Origin: Felis catus
Taxonomy: Eukaryota
DNA length: 64,000 nucleotides
Assembly (NCBI RefSeq): GCF_018350175.1
Contig: NC_058368.1
Span: 57,910,001 to 57,974,000, forward strand
Direction of reading: 5' to 3'
Under the pieces are notes generated by a model. It did not search any database and was not told the origin of the DNA. It saw only the letters and a program-made list of their open reading frames with translations. Made by a program: the position numbers and the translations under genes. Positions 38,545-51,221 of this stretch are shown one piece after another; position 1 is the first letter of the stretch; every line of letters begins with the position of its first letter.

Positions 38545-38695
38545 TAAGAAGATTCATGTTTTGGGAAAGTCACTTAACTTCTTTGAATCTTTGTTTACTC
38601 ATCTGTAAAATGGGGATAATAAACATAACTATTTCACAGTGCTATGGGAACCAACTTGATAATCACAACGCCTAATATTTAATAATTGCTTAAAA
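38545..38695 (+). mobile_element. MIR core
   Basis: 'ttgggaaagtcacttaacttctttgaatctttgtttactcatctgtaaaatggggataata'. Confidence 0.8.
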
Positions 38696-39443
38696 AGTTT
38701 TTTATATTCCAAGTCATGTTATTGTTGTCAACACTGAATCTATTTAACCCAAAACAAATTTAAATTTAATGTAAAAGTGAAATTTTTCTGTAAGAGGAAG
38801 AAAAGATGACCAGCACATAATAAGGCTTGAGCTGGGTAGTAAACTGTAGCCATCTGAAGAGTCAGTTGGCAATGTCACTTTATATTAAACACAAATATTT
38901 GCAATGATAGGCATTATGGTTATTCGGCCTAGGAGTGAAACCAAAGATGGCTTTTAGTCTAGAAATGAAACAGTTTTGGAAGATTACTCTCTATCCATAT
39001 GGTTTTTTGAACATATTGGATATTGTATGTTGGAGAACAAAAAGAAAAGAAAGGCTAAAGGGCACAGAGAAAAGGTGATTGTTCTTGTGTATATTTAGAA
39101 ACCACACTGGCTAAGCAAGGAGCAGACTGATATATAGAGATCTAAGTAGAATATACTCAATGACTTTTCATTCCAGGAAAATCAGAATTTGATTTTTTTC
39201 CCACTATATGGAAAGTTTTTCAACTAATGCAATTGGCTACAGTCTTAAAAACAATGGAACTACATAAACTCCGTCTTTCTACTTATGAAGAAAATTTGGC
39301 TAAAGTTACCTCTGCATAAACACTTTTGACTGACAGCTTATTGCTCTCTATGAGCTCTATAAAATGATGAAGTATTGACAAAGGGGTAATATAATGGAAA
39401 GATAGTATGTTTAGTTTATGAACCTATGCAAATTACATAAATA

Positions 39444-39592
39444 GCAATGCATCTCAAACCTCTGTATTTATGAATCAAAGGAAGATGTTAAAATGCCACA
39501 GGTTTGGTTTATGACCTGAAAATGCACATTACCCACAAATCCCCAGGTGGTCCATATGCTGCAGGTCTGTGAACCAATAATTTGGTCAGCAA
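39444..39592. mobile_element. hAT-Charlie MITE remnant (MER5-like)
   Basis: 'caatgcatctcaaac' ... 'acaaatccccaggtggtccatatgctgcaggtctgtgaacca'. Confidence 0.55.
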
Positions 39593-40104
39593 AACTTAGG
39601 AGACACCATCAAAAAGTGGAACCACAACAGTCTGAGTTCCAGTATTCTTTTCCAATTCAAATCCTTAGAATACACATATTTTTATTTGATACCCATATTC
39701 TTTTTTAAATCATTTACATATATTTTTAATTTCTGTATTTCTTGATTAAAGCAAAACAAAACAAAAAACGTGTGGCCTAATGTTGGTAATCTCCTGGGTA
39801 ATTCTTGCTAAAGGAAATAGTAAGTAAACCAACAAGTAACCAAGCACATTAGCCAATGTATGTTTTAAGGCAAAAGATATATGTAGTAGCCTTAAACACA
39901 TTTTGTAACAAGCAGAACATTAAATAATAAATAGAGTTACTTGCGGCATTTAAAAAAAAAAAAAACTCAGAAACACAATTCCACTCTATTTCCTGAAGAA
40001 ACTAGAGTTAACCTATGTAATGAATGCTTGGTCATGGTTTCCAGACATTTCAATTCTAGGTCTTCTGCCAAATAGGCAATTGACAGTAGAATTGTCTGGG
40101 CATT

Positions 40105-40235
40105 ATTTTTTTTTAAATTTTAAGATGAAGAAGCTTAGGCTTAGAGAGATAAAATCACTTGTCCAAGTTCCCAAAACTAGCAATAACAAAGTCAGGATTC
40201 AAAAATAATTCCAAGTACCTTATTCTTTTGACAAA
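40105..40235 (-). mobile_element. MIR fragment
   Basis: 'ttttaagatgaagaagcttaggcttagagagataaaatcacttgtccaag'. Confidence 0.7.
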
Positions 40236-42839
40236 TGTGCTTGAGGTAATTGGAAAGACTTCTGATGCATGGATGCAATGAATTAGACATTTGTAGCTTC
40301 CAATCGATTTCTGTGAGGAATTTGGGGCAAAGTTTGTGATTGTTTTAGGCATTTTTCCTAAAGTTCTATCTACTGACATAAGTATTTTTCTTCATTTTTG
40401 AACATTTGATAATATATTTTATTCTTCATCGATGCATTTTAATTTTGTAAAGCTTTTATTGCATTCTGTATCAAATTCTATACATTTAATATTAGTCAGT
40501 AAATATTTGTCTTAAATTTTGTTCTCACAAGCCATGTAGAGTAATATATTTCCCTGAATTCTTGATCTCTTTTTTTACTACCCATAAATAGATTTAGTAC
40601 CCACATTGATATAGATGACTTTTGATTTCAAACAAAATGAAATCTTAAGATAAATTAATTTTATGTTTTATAATACATTAAACATTTTTAGAACATTTAA
40701 AGAAAATCACAATTCTTTTCTAACAATATTTTATCCCTCTCATGCATATGTATTTGATTTAGCTCAAAGTAACATAATATTTTGCCTTCTTGTTTATATC
40801 ATATTAATAGTAACTGATTAGAAATATAAATATTAAAATTGTACCTAATTACCAGTGTTAACAGTGATGGACTTTCCCCTCATTTCACATTTTACAAGAG
40901 ACTTACGCAGTGAAAAAGAAATGATGCTGCAATGCAACATGTCTCTACTTTTTTTTTTTCCCCAGTAGAGATTTTATTTAAAGATCTCATTCTCTGATGT
41001 GGAAAGGAAGACTATAACAGTCATTTTCCCACATATCTGACCTAGAGAATTAAAGAGTCAAACTTTAGTGTGCATCAGAAAAGAAAAAAAAATCTGTAGT
41101 CATCAGCAAAGCCAAAACCATTCAGGGTTTTTGCATAATAATTGGAGTCATGACCTTAGCATAGCATGAGAGATAAATATATTGACTTTCATCCATAGAA
41201 AATGCTGGCTTCTAATATAGAACATCTCTAAGTAAGTATTGGCTATCTTTAAACGCCTGCTTTTCTCTAGCAGTGACATTAGCCCTGCTAGAAGTGTTCC
41301 CTAATGTGGTCTAATTGACAGTCTGAATGTGAGGCCGAGCCACCTCACCGCCCCTTATGCTAACCATCCGGGCCTCGGTCCCTGGACAGAGAACAGTTGA
41401 CGGTTTCAATTATGCCAGGGTCAGAAGATCATTGGCTAGTTACTTTTCAAATGCTCATGATCACATTTCTAAAGAATCATTTTTATAATTTCATATGAGA
41501 TGTCATCACTCACGTGAGAGTAAGATAAGAAAGCACTTGGTCTTTTTATGAAGGAAAAAGGCAATATAGAAACTAAGAGTTTAATGAACATAAGAGTTCC
41601 GAAACACAGGAATCATGCAAGTTATCATCTTGTATTTGAAGCAGCCCACATAGCGTTATATTTGATTAGGAACGCATATTTTAAGAGAAGTACATTCATT
41701 TTTATTGTTTCCATCCTATTTGTATATCTATGAATAAAAAATAATTTTTAATAAGTCGGCTTTATTTTAAAAGGTAGGAAAATCTTTAATTTTAGATTTA
41801 CAGAAATAAGATACTTCAAATATTTCTATATTCTCGGATATATATAAATTAAGAACTAAAGTGAAAAGTTTAAACAGAATGCTTGAAAAGTTTGTGAGAA
41901 ATATTTTTAAAAACCATCATATTTTATTTATCATTTGGTTTTTCATCCTACTATGTTGGCAATCATTAAAAGTTTTTTAAATTAAGTTTGGTAGGTTTCT
42001 TCAGTTATTGCTGATAGATAGGAGAAGAAATAACAACTTTGTATATGGGGAATGGAAGGAGTTATTTGTTTATTTCATATGATGAATTCTTTATAAAACA
42101 GAAGTTGAGTAGCTTCTAGTTCAACATATATTACAGTCTAAATTTGGAGTGCCATCTAGTGATGAGTAAGAGTTCCATCAGTTAAAGAATTCAGGAAATA
42201 TTAATGTTTGTATAATGTTAACTTCAATGTAGATTTCATTGTTAATATGGTCAATATGGTTTAGAATCTTCAATATGAATCTAGTGGACAACATGACAGT
42301 TTAACAAATTTTAAATCATAAGACCTTTCAAACTTGAAAAGATTTAGAACTCATGCAATATATCTAAACTTAGTAACAGCAAAGTTGTTTTTATGCAGAC
42401 AAGAACCAAATAAGACATACCAATATTTGCATTAAAATATTTGCTGTTAATTAACACTAACCGACCATATTCAGTCTTTTTGGTGCACAAATGATCTCCA
42501 ACAAATTCTTGCTGATAGATCAAATCAAAGAATAAATAGAGAAGAAATGTTTCAAAACAAATTGTTTAAATGTCAATATAAAACAGTAACAACAGTTCTA
42601 AAAATACAACCCCTCTTTAATTTGACAGCTTTGTGTGTTTTCTCCTTGTATTGAATGATTGTTTTTTCTAGAGTATCAAACTATGCATTGTTTTTGATAT
42701 TAAATGATAATTCTTGAAAACAAAAGTAAGGAAAATAAAGAAGGTTGGCAAAAATAAAGAAAGGAAGGAAGGAAGGGAAAATGAGAATAAGAGAAAGATC
42801 AAAGGAGAGAGGGCAGGGAAAGACAGGGAGGGGAAGAGA

Positions 42840-42972
42840 ACTTAAGTGATCATATGCTATGTGCCAACTATTGTAATAAATGCTATACTACATATGACTC
42901 CATTCTTTTCACATTGCAAAGCTCATTTAAGTAAGAGGGCAACTGAGACTTGGTCAGGTCAAGTAACCTGTT
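42840..42972 (-). mobile_element. MIR fragment
   Basis: 'tgctatgtgccaa' ... 'aactgagacttggtcaggtcaagtaacctg'. Confidence 0.55.
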
Positions 42973-43382
42973 CATCTGTTTTAAAAGTTAATTTTTTAAT
43001 TTAATTTTATTATTCTTTGCAAATAAGTGTTACATAATGCTCCTAGTCAAAATCTGTACCATAAACATTTTCAAAAACCTGTGGTACCAATATTTTGCCA
43101 GTTTTACTTATTTAGAGTTCTAGATTAGGTTCCAGATATACATTCAGATCTTGAGTTCATTATTTTTCATGGGATTGGGCAATTTACCAAAGCATCTGGG
43201 AAAAATAACAAAGGTGACAGTTTTCAACCATGTGTCCACCTTAGATTTGGTTTATAATATTAATTTAGTATTTAAGCCCATTCACTATTGTCTGGGTAAC
43301 CTCATGTTGCTTAATTATGATAATTTGTCCATAGACAAACAGAACGATTCTTTTGCTATAGATTAAAATCAATGAGGCAACC

Positions 43383-43433
43383 AAAAACAAACAAACAAAC
43401 AAACAAACAAACGAAAAACAAAAAAGCAAAAAA
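43383..43433. repeat. (AAAC)n microsatellite
   Basis: Seen directly. Confidence 0.93.
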
Positions 43434-44801
43434 GCATGTGAACCATCCTGGAAAGATTCAGGACTGATTCTCCTTTAAGCTATAGGATCTACTTGTAATA
43501 ATTATTCTTCCTTTAATTCACTCAGGTTATTACGTGCTGGAAGAGCAGCAGGTTTCAGAGGACTTTCATAGGTCTCAAAGACTCTGCGGTCCCTTAATCC
43601 CACTTGACCTAGTAACTGTGCCCTAGGTCAATATTCTATCACAATCACTGATTTTAGTGTTCTCCAGTTATGCTCATTCATGTATTCTGACCAATGTCGG
43701 AGTATTTTCCTTAACCAGGTAACTATTTTTTTTTAACAAATAATGTGGGGTTCATGTCCCAGATGAAAGAATAAGCTTCTCTACTATTTTTAAAGTGTTC
43801 CTTTATCTGACCACGTTAGTGAAAGAATAATATAGTTGATGCTTTGAGGGGTACTTTCTTGAAGGGTACTGATATGAGATCTATTTTATGCCAGAAAAAT
43901 GGCTTCAACTCCTATCAAGCCAAATAACATTGTTCTAATTTAGTTTCAGTCTCAATGTGATGATATTTCTATGGAGATTTGCCAACAACCTGCTGTCATC
44001 ATAGGAAGTGAGTTTGGCTCTGGCGTTTAGTCAGTGAGCAAGTCACAGGGGACATTCCAAAACGAGCAAGGCAGTCTCTGCCTTCAAGGATATGGAGTAT
44101 TGTCTGTAGAATATTACTTTATGCATTCCACCTTGAGAAAAAGGGGAAAAAAGGAAGGTCATGCTAAACATGTTTTGTTTTAGAATGCACTGTTTTCAGG
44201 AAATAAATTAGGGATAACTTTTTACTTGTCAGTAAAAGCTGGCCTTGAGCAAATTTTATTCCCTTGCAATACTTGATACTTTCTGTTTTTCAGTTCTCAT
44301 TTCTAACTCTGTTTTCCTTTTGGAAATCACTGCTGCCCAATTTTGTAACTTTGATAGAGTTGTAAATCTAGCTGTCTAACCTACAGTGCAGAATCCTCAG
44401 GGAATTCCTTGGAGGTCCCTCTGTGAGATCAGTTTTTCCCCATCCCTTCCTTCATTCTCAAACTATAACTAATAGTTAATTTGATGCCCTTTCTAAGGAT
44501 CCTAAATTTTTACACTGTAACCAAGGACAGAAGAAAGAAAATGATCTTGAGTTCATTGTTCCCAAACAAGAAACTCTGAGAAAGCTTTTTGTCTCAGCTT
44601 CACTGTTATAACTCCTTACTAGTCACACAGAGTCAACAAGAGGATTGAGACTTGGTAATAATGTTTTTAACTTCATGTTTAATTACAAATACTCACTAGA
44701 GCCCATGGAACCTCACTTTGAACAATCTGTGGTATGCTTATAAGCAGGCAGTGCATCTAGGGGGAAGGGAATGGGCATTAACATAAAAGTACTTTCAGAA
44801 A

Positions 44802-45180
44802 GGTAGTCTTAAGAATTTCCTGCCAAATATTTCTGACACTCAGACTCTGATTGCACTCTCCTCCTCTAGAGCTGAATGAGGTCTTGTAGCTAAATAAGAC
44901 TGAGTGTGAGCAGAAGAGATAAGTCCCATTTCTGGGTCACAATATTTAATTGCTAATGCAAGATCCTCCAGGACATTTTTTGCCTCTCATATAGTAACCA
45001 GCAAAACTAAAATGGTACCTGTTTCGTCAGTTCCCTCAGGTACTATGTTATAAACAGTGATCCTTGATACTCCATGAAAGATGTGTAGCCTGAATAAGTA
45101 AGCTTTTATTGTTTGGGTATTGGGATTTGGGGATTGGTATTTCACATCATAGCATTACATAGCATACCCTGACAAATGCA
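44802..45180 (+). mobile_element. Old MaLR LTR (MLT1I-like)
   Basis: 'gtgagcagaag...atttaattgctaatgcaagatcctccag', 3' 'gatttggggattg...ccctgacaaatgca'. Confidence 0.6.
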
Positions 45181-45908
45181 ATTAGCTATCTTCACTATTC
45201 AAGTATATGTCAAGAGCTCAGCTGAGCTGGAGAGAAAGAACAGAACTGTCAGCTATCAATCAAAACAACAAGCCAAAATAAGGGTAGCGGTCAAGCCTTT
45301 AATCACTCACCATGATAGTATAAACAAGAGATTAAACAAGAGAATGCACTGACTCCCTCTGTCCCATTTTCCCTCAGTTGAGGGTTAGTTGGATCAACCC
45401 AGTCATTGGGGATGGTATCACTACTGAGGGAGTCTCCTAACAAAAGGCTCCTATGGTTTTATGAACCTAGAAGCCAGGAAGAGAGTAGATGACTATGAGT
45501 GGAAAGATACTGAATATTGAGTCAGAATGGAGAAATGTTTCTTCACATTTTTCCTCTTTTCCCCTATGAAGAAGTCTCCACAAAAGTGCCTGAGGAAAGC
45601 CTTAGACAAAGGACCCAGATAGAGAGTCTCTGGATGAAGGCAACTGGGGAAGGAACAAATTATAGACATAAGAGCAAGGCCCGCCAGGGGGTCTGGGTCC
45701 TTGACTAAACTCCCTCAGAGACTGCAATGCACTGGCTGTGCACCAAGCCTGTTGTGGGGAGGCCAGATTTCCTTTATGAGCCTGCCAGATAAAAACCTTT
45801 GAGTTGCCTGTGGTCAGGCCTGAAATATCACACACAGTGTTTAGCCATGAGCTGAAATCTGCAATGTATACTCACAACATCAAGACACCAGAGGTGGAAG
45901 ATTGCTGG

Positions 45909-45909
<1 letters not shown>

Positions 45910-45954
<45 letters not shown>
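45910..45954. repeat. (TATC)n / (GATA)n tetranucleotide repeat
   Basis: About 11 units seen directly. Confidence 0.97.
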
Positions 45955-45998
45955 GCCTTTTTATTTATTAATGGTCAGAGCTTTTTTCTTTAATAAGT

Positions 45999-46200
45999 TT
46001 ATTTCAGTTATCTATGGTTGCACAACAAACTACCCTGGAATTAGTGGCTTTAGCAAACATTTAAAATGCTCACAATTTGAGAATAACAATTTAGAAAGGG
46101 TAAATTGAATCTTTTTGGTAACAGCTGGAGTAGCTGTGACTGGAGGTTGCCCTTCTAAGATGGCCTCTCCATTCATGTATCTGTTGCCTCACTATTCCTT

Positions 46201-46249
<49 letters not shown>

Positions 46250-46465
46250 GTCTCTCTCTCTCTGTGAGTCTTTCCACAGTTAACCCCACAGTTTTATGGT
46301 GTCTCATCCTCCAGTGTCTTTCCATGTGTCCAGGGTTTCTCACACATTTGTTGTCCCAGGGTAAATTACATATCCTTTGTGGTGGCTGGCTTCCAAAAGG
46401 TAGGAAGTGGAGGCTAACTGGTCAATTAAGGAGTTTACCTAGAGGTAGCACCACATCACTCCTGC

Positions 46466-46499
<34 letters not shown>

Positions 46500-46662
46500 A
46501 TGTGCATGTGCCTGTCAATGAAGTCACAAAGCCCACTCAGATTTAAGTGGGTAGGGAAATTAAATTCCACCTCATGCTAGAGGAGTGGCAAACCACATTG
46601 TAGTAGCACATATGGAATGAGAGATATTGTTGTGGTTATCTTTGGAAAACAAATCTGCCATA
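45999..46662 (-). mobile_element. MaLR LTR (MLT1H-like) containing (CT)n and (TG)n
   Basis: 'cagttatctatggttgcacaacaaactaccc...ttagtggcttt' to 'tctttggaaaacaaatctgccata'; (CT)n 46203-46263, (TG)n 46468-46498. Confidence 0.7.
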
Positions 46663-46861
46663 TATCCCATGTTGGTAAATTTAGGAAGACTGGAATACTA
46701 ACTAGCTCAAAGAACATCTGTAGCAAGGTATTTATATGTCCAAAGAGTAAAAACTATATAGAAATTACTATCATGCAACATATACATATAGTATGATTAT
46801 ATAGGAAGGAAGAAGATAAAATATTTATTTTTAAGGGGCAATGTTTATTTCTAAGGGAAAT

Positions 46862-47488
46862 TTTATATTAATTTTTGTCACTATCAGAAATTTTCATAAC
46901 CTTAGTGGTGTATAGGCCAATTCCTATTTTTCTATCTCACAGATCTGTAGGTCAGAAATCCTAGTGAGTTTAGCTAAACCAGCTCTAGTCTGACCAACTC
47001 TTAGAAGGCCAAAACCAAGGTAACCACAGGTCTGGGTTTAGGGAAGGGTCCATTTCCAAGCTCATTCAGGTTGTTGACTGAATTTGTGTGTGTGTGTGTG
47101 GGTTTTTTTTTTTTTTTTTTGCAGTTTGTCAGACTGAAGTCTCTGTTCCCTTGCTACCTGTCAGTTGGGGGCCAGTTCTTGATCCTAGAGGCTGCACTTA
47201 TTGCTTATGCTTTCCACGTTGGAGCCATCAAACAACAAGGAGTTGAGTCATTGCTATGCTTCCAATCCCTCTGATTTATTCTTGTGTCATATCTAATTCC
47301 AGGTGGAGATGTGCTTGGCTTTTAAGAGCTCATATGAATATAGTGCACCCACCCAGATAATCCAGAATAATTTCACTATTGTAAATTTAACTACATTTGC
47401 AAAACCCCTTTGCCTCCTAACATAACCTATTCTTAGGTTTCAGTTATTAGGACATGAGCATATTTAGAGACACATTTTTTCTACTACA
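46862..47488 (-). mobile_element. MaLR LTR (MLT1E-like)
   Basis: 'tctcacagatctgtaggtcagaaatcc', 'ttccaagctcattcaggttgttg', 'cccacccagataatccagaataat', terminal 'ctactaca'. Confidence 0.75.
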
Positions 47489-48199
47489 GATTAACAAAAC
47501 ATGTTTGATCTGTGTTTTGACAGATGAAAAGGATATTTCAGGACTATAGAAGTTAGAGACATGGTAGAATGTGGACTGTCTTAAATTTATGCTGAAAAGT
47601 TTGAACTAAATCTGTTTCTACTAGAATTATATCAATAGTTTTAGGGCTGACAATAATATGACCTTCTTTGTGTTTTTAAGAGGGAAATTTGTTGCAGATG
47701 TAGAAGAATTTTTAGATAGAGAAGTCTAGTTTAAGATTTAAATATCAGGAAGAGATGATAATGCTCTACATTGTGGCTTACTCATATTATTCATATGACT
47801 GAGAATAGAAAAAGAGAAGAATTTCAAGGAGGTAGGAATGAAAGTATTTGGCAATCAGCATTTTCTGTTATAAAAGGGGCTTTATTGATTTATAAAGTCT
47901 TTGTAAGTTTATCTGGAAATATGGGGGTGGTATTTTTTTAAATTAGGGACAACATGGAAAAACACTTTTAGTTGCATATACAATGATTTTCAGATGTGTT
48001 ATACAACCTTTAAAGAGATATCCTTGAGGTAATTAGATATATTTGTAGGTTAAGAATTCAAGAGAGAGACAAGAATATGCAGATGTACTTGTGATTTTTC
48101 TATTCTCTTTTACATAATATAAATAAAAATTAATTGATATTCAGAGGACCTATGTATTTTAAACGTCTACAAGGAAAACTTGGAAAGCATCTTGCATCT

Positions 48200-48529
48200 T
48201 ATGTTAGTCCATTTGGGCTTTTCTAAGAAAATACCACAGACTGGGTACGTTATAAATATCAGAAATTTATTTCTCACAGTTCTAGAGGCTGAGAAGTCCA
48301 AGATCAGGGTGGCAGCATGGTCAAATGAGGGCCCTCTTCCTAGTTTTGCTGTGACCTCACACAATGGAAGAGGCAAGGGATAAGTATGGTATCCTTTTTT
48401 TTTCCTTTAAAGCACTCATTCCATTCATGAACGAGCCACCCTTGCGATCTAATCATATCCTAAAGGCCCCATCATTTTAGGATATCAACATATGAATTTT
48501 GAGGGACCACAAACATCCAGACCATAGCA
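48200..48529 (-). mobile_element. MaLR solo LTR (MLT1A-like)
   Basis: 'ttagtccatttgggct..aaaataccacagactggg', 'tttatttctcacagttctagaggctgagaagtccaagatca', terminal 'cagaccatagca'. Confidence 0.85.
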
Positions 48530-48901
48530 TACCTTTTTTTCCCTAACATACCCCTAGTGGCATATTATATTGCCGTCATAATTGCTTTGTTTTGTTTTGG
48601 TTTTGTTTTGGTTGGTTTTAATAACAATCCTGAACAAAAACAGGTCTTAAAGTTTTTATAATTTATCTTTGTAGCATTTAAAACCCCATATTAATTGACA
48701 AGATTTTTACTATGGTATCAATAGAGTCTCTAGTGACTTATCTTACAGGATAAATGAAACTTGTTGTCTATTAAAATTTGCCCCAAAATGGAATAAACAA
48801 TGCTAAAATGTCTAAGTGGTATAAAGCTAGACCCTCAGTAGTGTTTGGGAGGGAAGTAAAATATCAAGAAATAAAATAAAATTTGATGTCTATAATTAGT
48901 A

Positions 48902-48932
<31 letters not shown>

Positions 48933-49099
48933 TCACTATTTGAGTTTAAAATTATAAAGACATAATGAAAAGTCACAGAATTAATGGTATAAAAACATTT
49001 ATGTGGACAACAGAATTTTGCAGTGGGAAAATTCTTTTAACTTATTGTCTACTCTATTCTCTGATATCAGGGTTACTCTGGAAATAATGCACAAAAAAG

Positions 49100-49279
49100 A
49101 TTTTTTTTTAATTTTAGAGAGAGAGAGAGAGGGAGGAAAGGGAGAGAGAGAGAATCCCAAGCAGGCTCCATGCTCAGCAGCATGTAGTCTGACATGGGCT
49201 TGATCCCATGACCCTGGGATCATGATCTGAGCCAAAGTCAAGAGTCAGACACTCAACTGACTAGTCACCCAGATGCCCC
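49100..49279 (-). mobile_element. Can-SINE (older)
   Basis: 'gaatcccaagcaggctccatgctcagc...cccagatgcccc'. Confidence 0.92.
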
Positions 49280-50426
49280 AGAAAAAGAAATGTTCTAAAA
49301 GCTGTTGCACTTTTATAGCTAACAATAATGTTTCCCTGTCCCTTTACGATGTTTCCACATTTTTTTGTGGAGCAATTGTGGCTTTTAAAGCTTTTCCACA
49401 AGACTTTGTCTTTGGGAAGAGTATAATGCATAGCAAAAAATCTATGTCTAAAAAATCTCATATAATAAATCTAACCTTACACCTAAAGAACCCAGAAAGG
49501 GAACAACAAATAAAGCATAAATTCAGCATAAGGAAGGAAATAATAAAGTGTGGAGCAGAAATAAATAATACAGAAACTGAAAAAACAACACAATAGAACA
49601 GATCAATGAAAGCATGAGCTTTCTTTGAAAAAATTAATAAAATGGATAAGCCTCTAGCAAGACTTACTAAAAAGAAAAGAGAAAGTACCCCATTAATTAA
49701 AATCACAAATAAGAGGGGAGATCACAATCAACACTACAAAAATACAAACAACTATAAGAAAATATTGTGAAAAACTATATGCCAACAAATTGGACAACCT
49801 GGAAGAAATTGGACAACCTGGAAGAAATAAATTCCTAGAAACATATAAACTACTAAATCTGAGACAAGGAGAAATAGAAAACTTGAACAGACCAACGACC
49901 AGCAAAGAAATTGAATCCATACAAAAAAGAAAAAAAAATCCAATAAACAAAACTCCAGGGCCTGATAGCCTCACAGGGGAATTTTACCAAACATTTTAAA
50001 AAGAGTTAATACCTATTTTTCTCAAAATAGTCCAAAAAAATGAAAAAGGAAGGAAAACTTCCAAACTCATTCTATGAGGCTGGCATTACCCTGATAACAA
50101 AACAAGACAAAGACTCCACTAAAAAAGAGAACTACAGGCCAAAATCTGGGATGAACATGAATGCAAATATTCTCAATAAAATACTAGCAAACCAAATTCA
50201 ACAATACACACAAAAAATCATTCACCACAGTCAAGTGGGATTTATTCTTGGGTCTCAAGGGTCGTTCAATATTTATAAATCAATCAGTGTGAGATATCAC
50301 ATTAATAAAAGAAAGAATAAGAACCATGTGACTATTTCAATTGCTGTAGAAAAAGCATTTGATAAAATACAACACCCATTCATGATAAAAACCCTCAACA
50401 AAGTAAGTTTAGAAGGAATATATCTC

Positions 50427-50645
50427 GGGGTGCCTGGGTAGCTCAGTCAATTAAGCATCCAACTTTGGCTCAGGTCATGATCTCACAGTTCATGAGTTTG
50501 AACCCCCGTGTTGGGATCTGTGCTGATAGCTCAGAGCCTGGAGCCTGCTTCAGATTCTGTCTCCCTCTCTCTCTGCCTCTCCCCTACTCACAATCTGTTT
50601 CTCTGTCTGTCTGTCTCTCTTACCCAAAAATAAACATTAAAAAAA
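50427..50645 (+). mobile_element. Can-SINE nested in L1 #2
   Basis: Degenerate TSD ttagaaggaatatatct / ttagaggaaacatacct. Confidence 0.95.
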
Positions 50646-50996
50646 TTAGAGGAAACATACCTGAATATAATAAAGGTCATATAGAAAAGCCCACAGCTAT
50701 TATCATCCTTAAAGGGAAAAAAAGAAGAGCTTTTCCTCTATAGTAAAGAACAAGACAGGGATGCCCCCTTACCATTGTTTTTCAACACAGTACTGTAAGT
50801 CCTCACCACAGTAATCAGACAAGAAAAAGAAATGAAAGGCATCCAAAGGCAAAAAAAATTAAAATTTTTGTGGCTTGCAGAAGATGTGATATTCTACAAA
50901 AAAACTCAAGACTCTAGCAAAAAATTGCTAGAACTGATACACAAATTAAATAATGTTATAGGACACAAAATCAACATACAGAAATCTATCACATTT

Positions 50997-51221
50997 AGGG
51001 CGCCTGGGTGGCTCAGTCGGTTGAGCGTCCAAATTTAGCTCGGGTTATGATCTCATGGTTCATGGGTTTGAGCCCTGCATTGGGCTCTGTGCTGACAGCT
51101 CAGAGCCTGCAGCCTGCTTTGGATTCTGTAACTCCCTCTCTCTCTCTGCCCCTCCCCTGCTTGTGCTCTGTCTCTCTCTCTCTCTCAAAAACAAATAAAT
51201 ATTAAAAAAATATTAAAAAAA
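50997..51221 (+). mobile_element. Can-SINE nested in L1 #2
   Basis: TSD agaaatctatcacattt (50980-50996) / agaaatctatttcattt (51222-51238). Confidence 0.95.

Noticed and set aside
48549..48563. Second CTCF-like motif (tacccctagtggca)
   Set aside because: Lacks the GGGC part of the core; weak match
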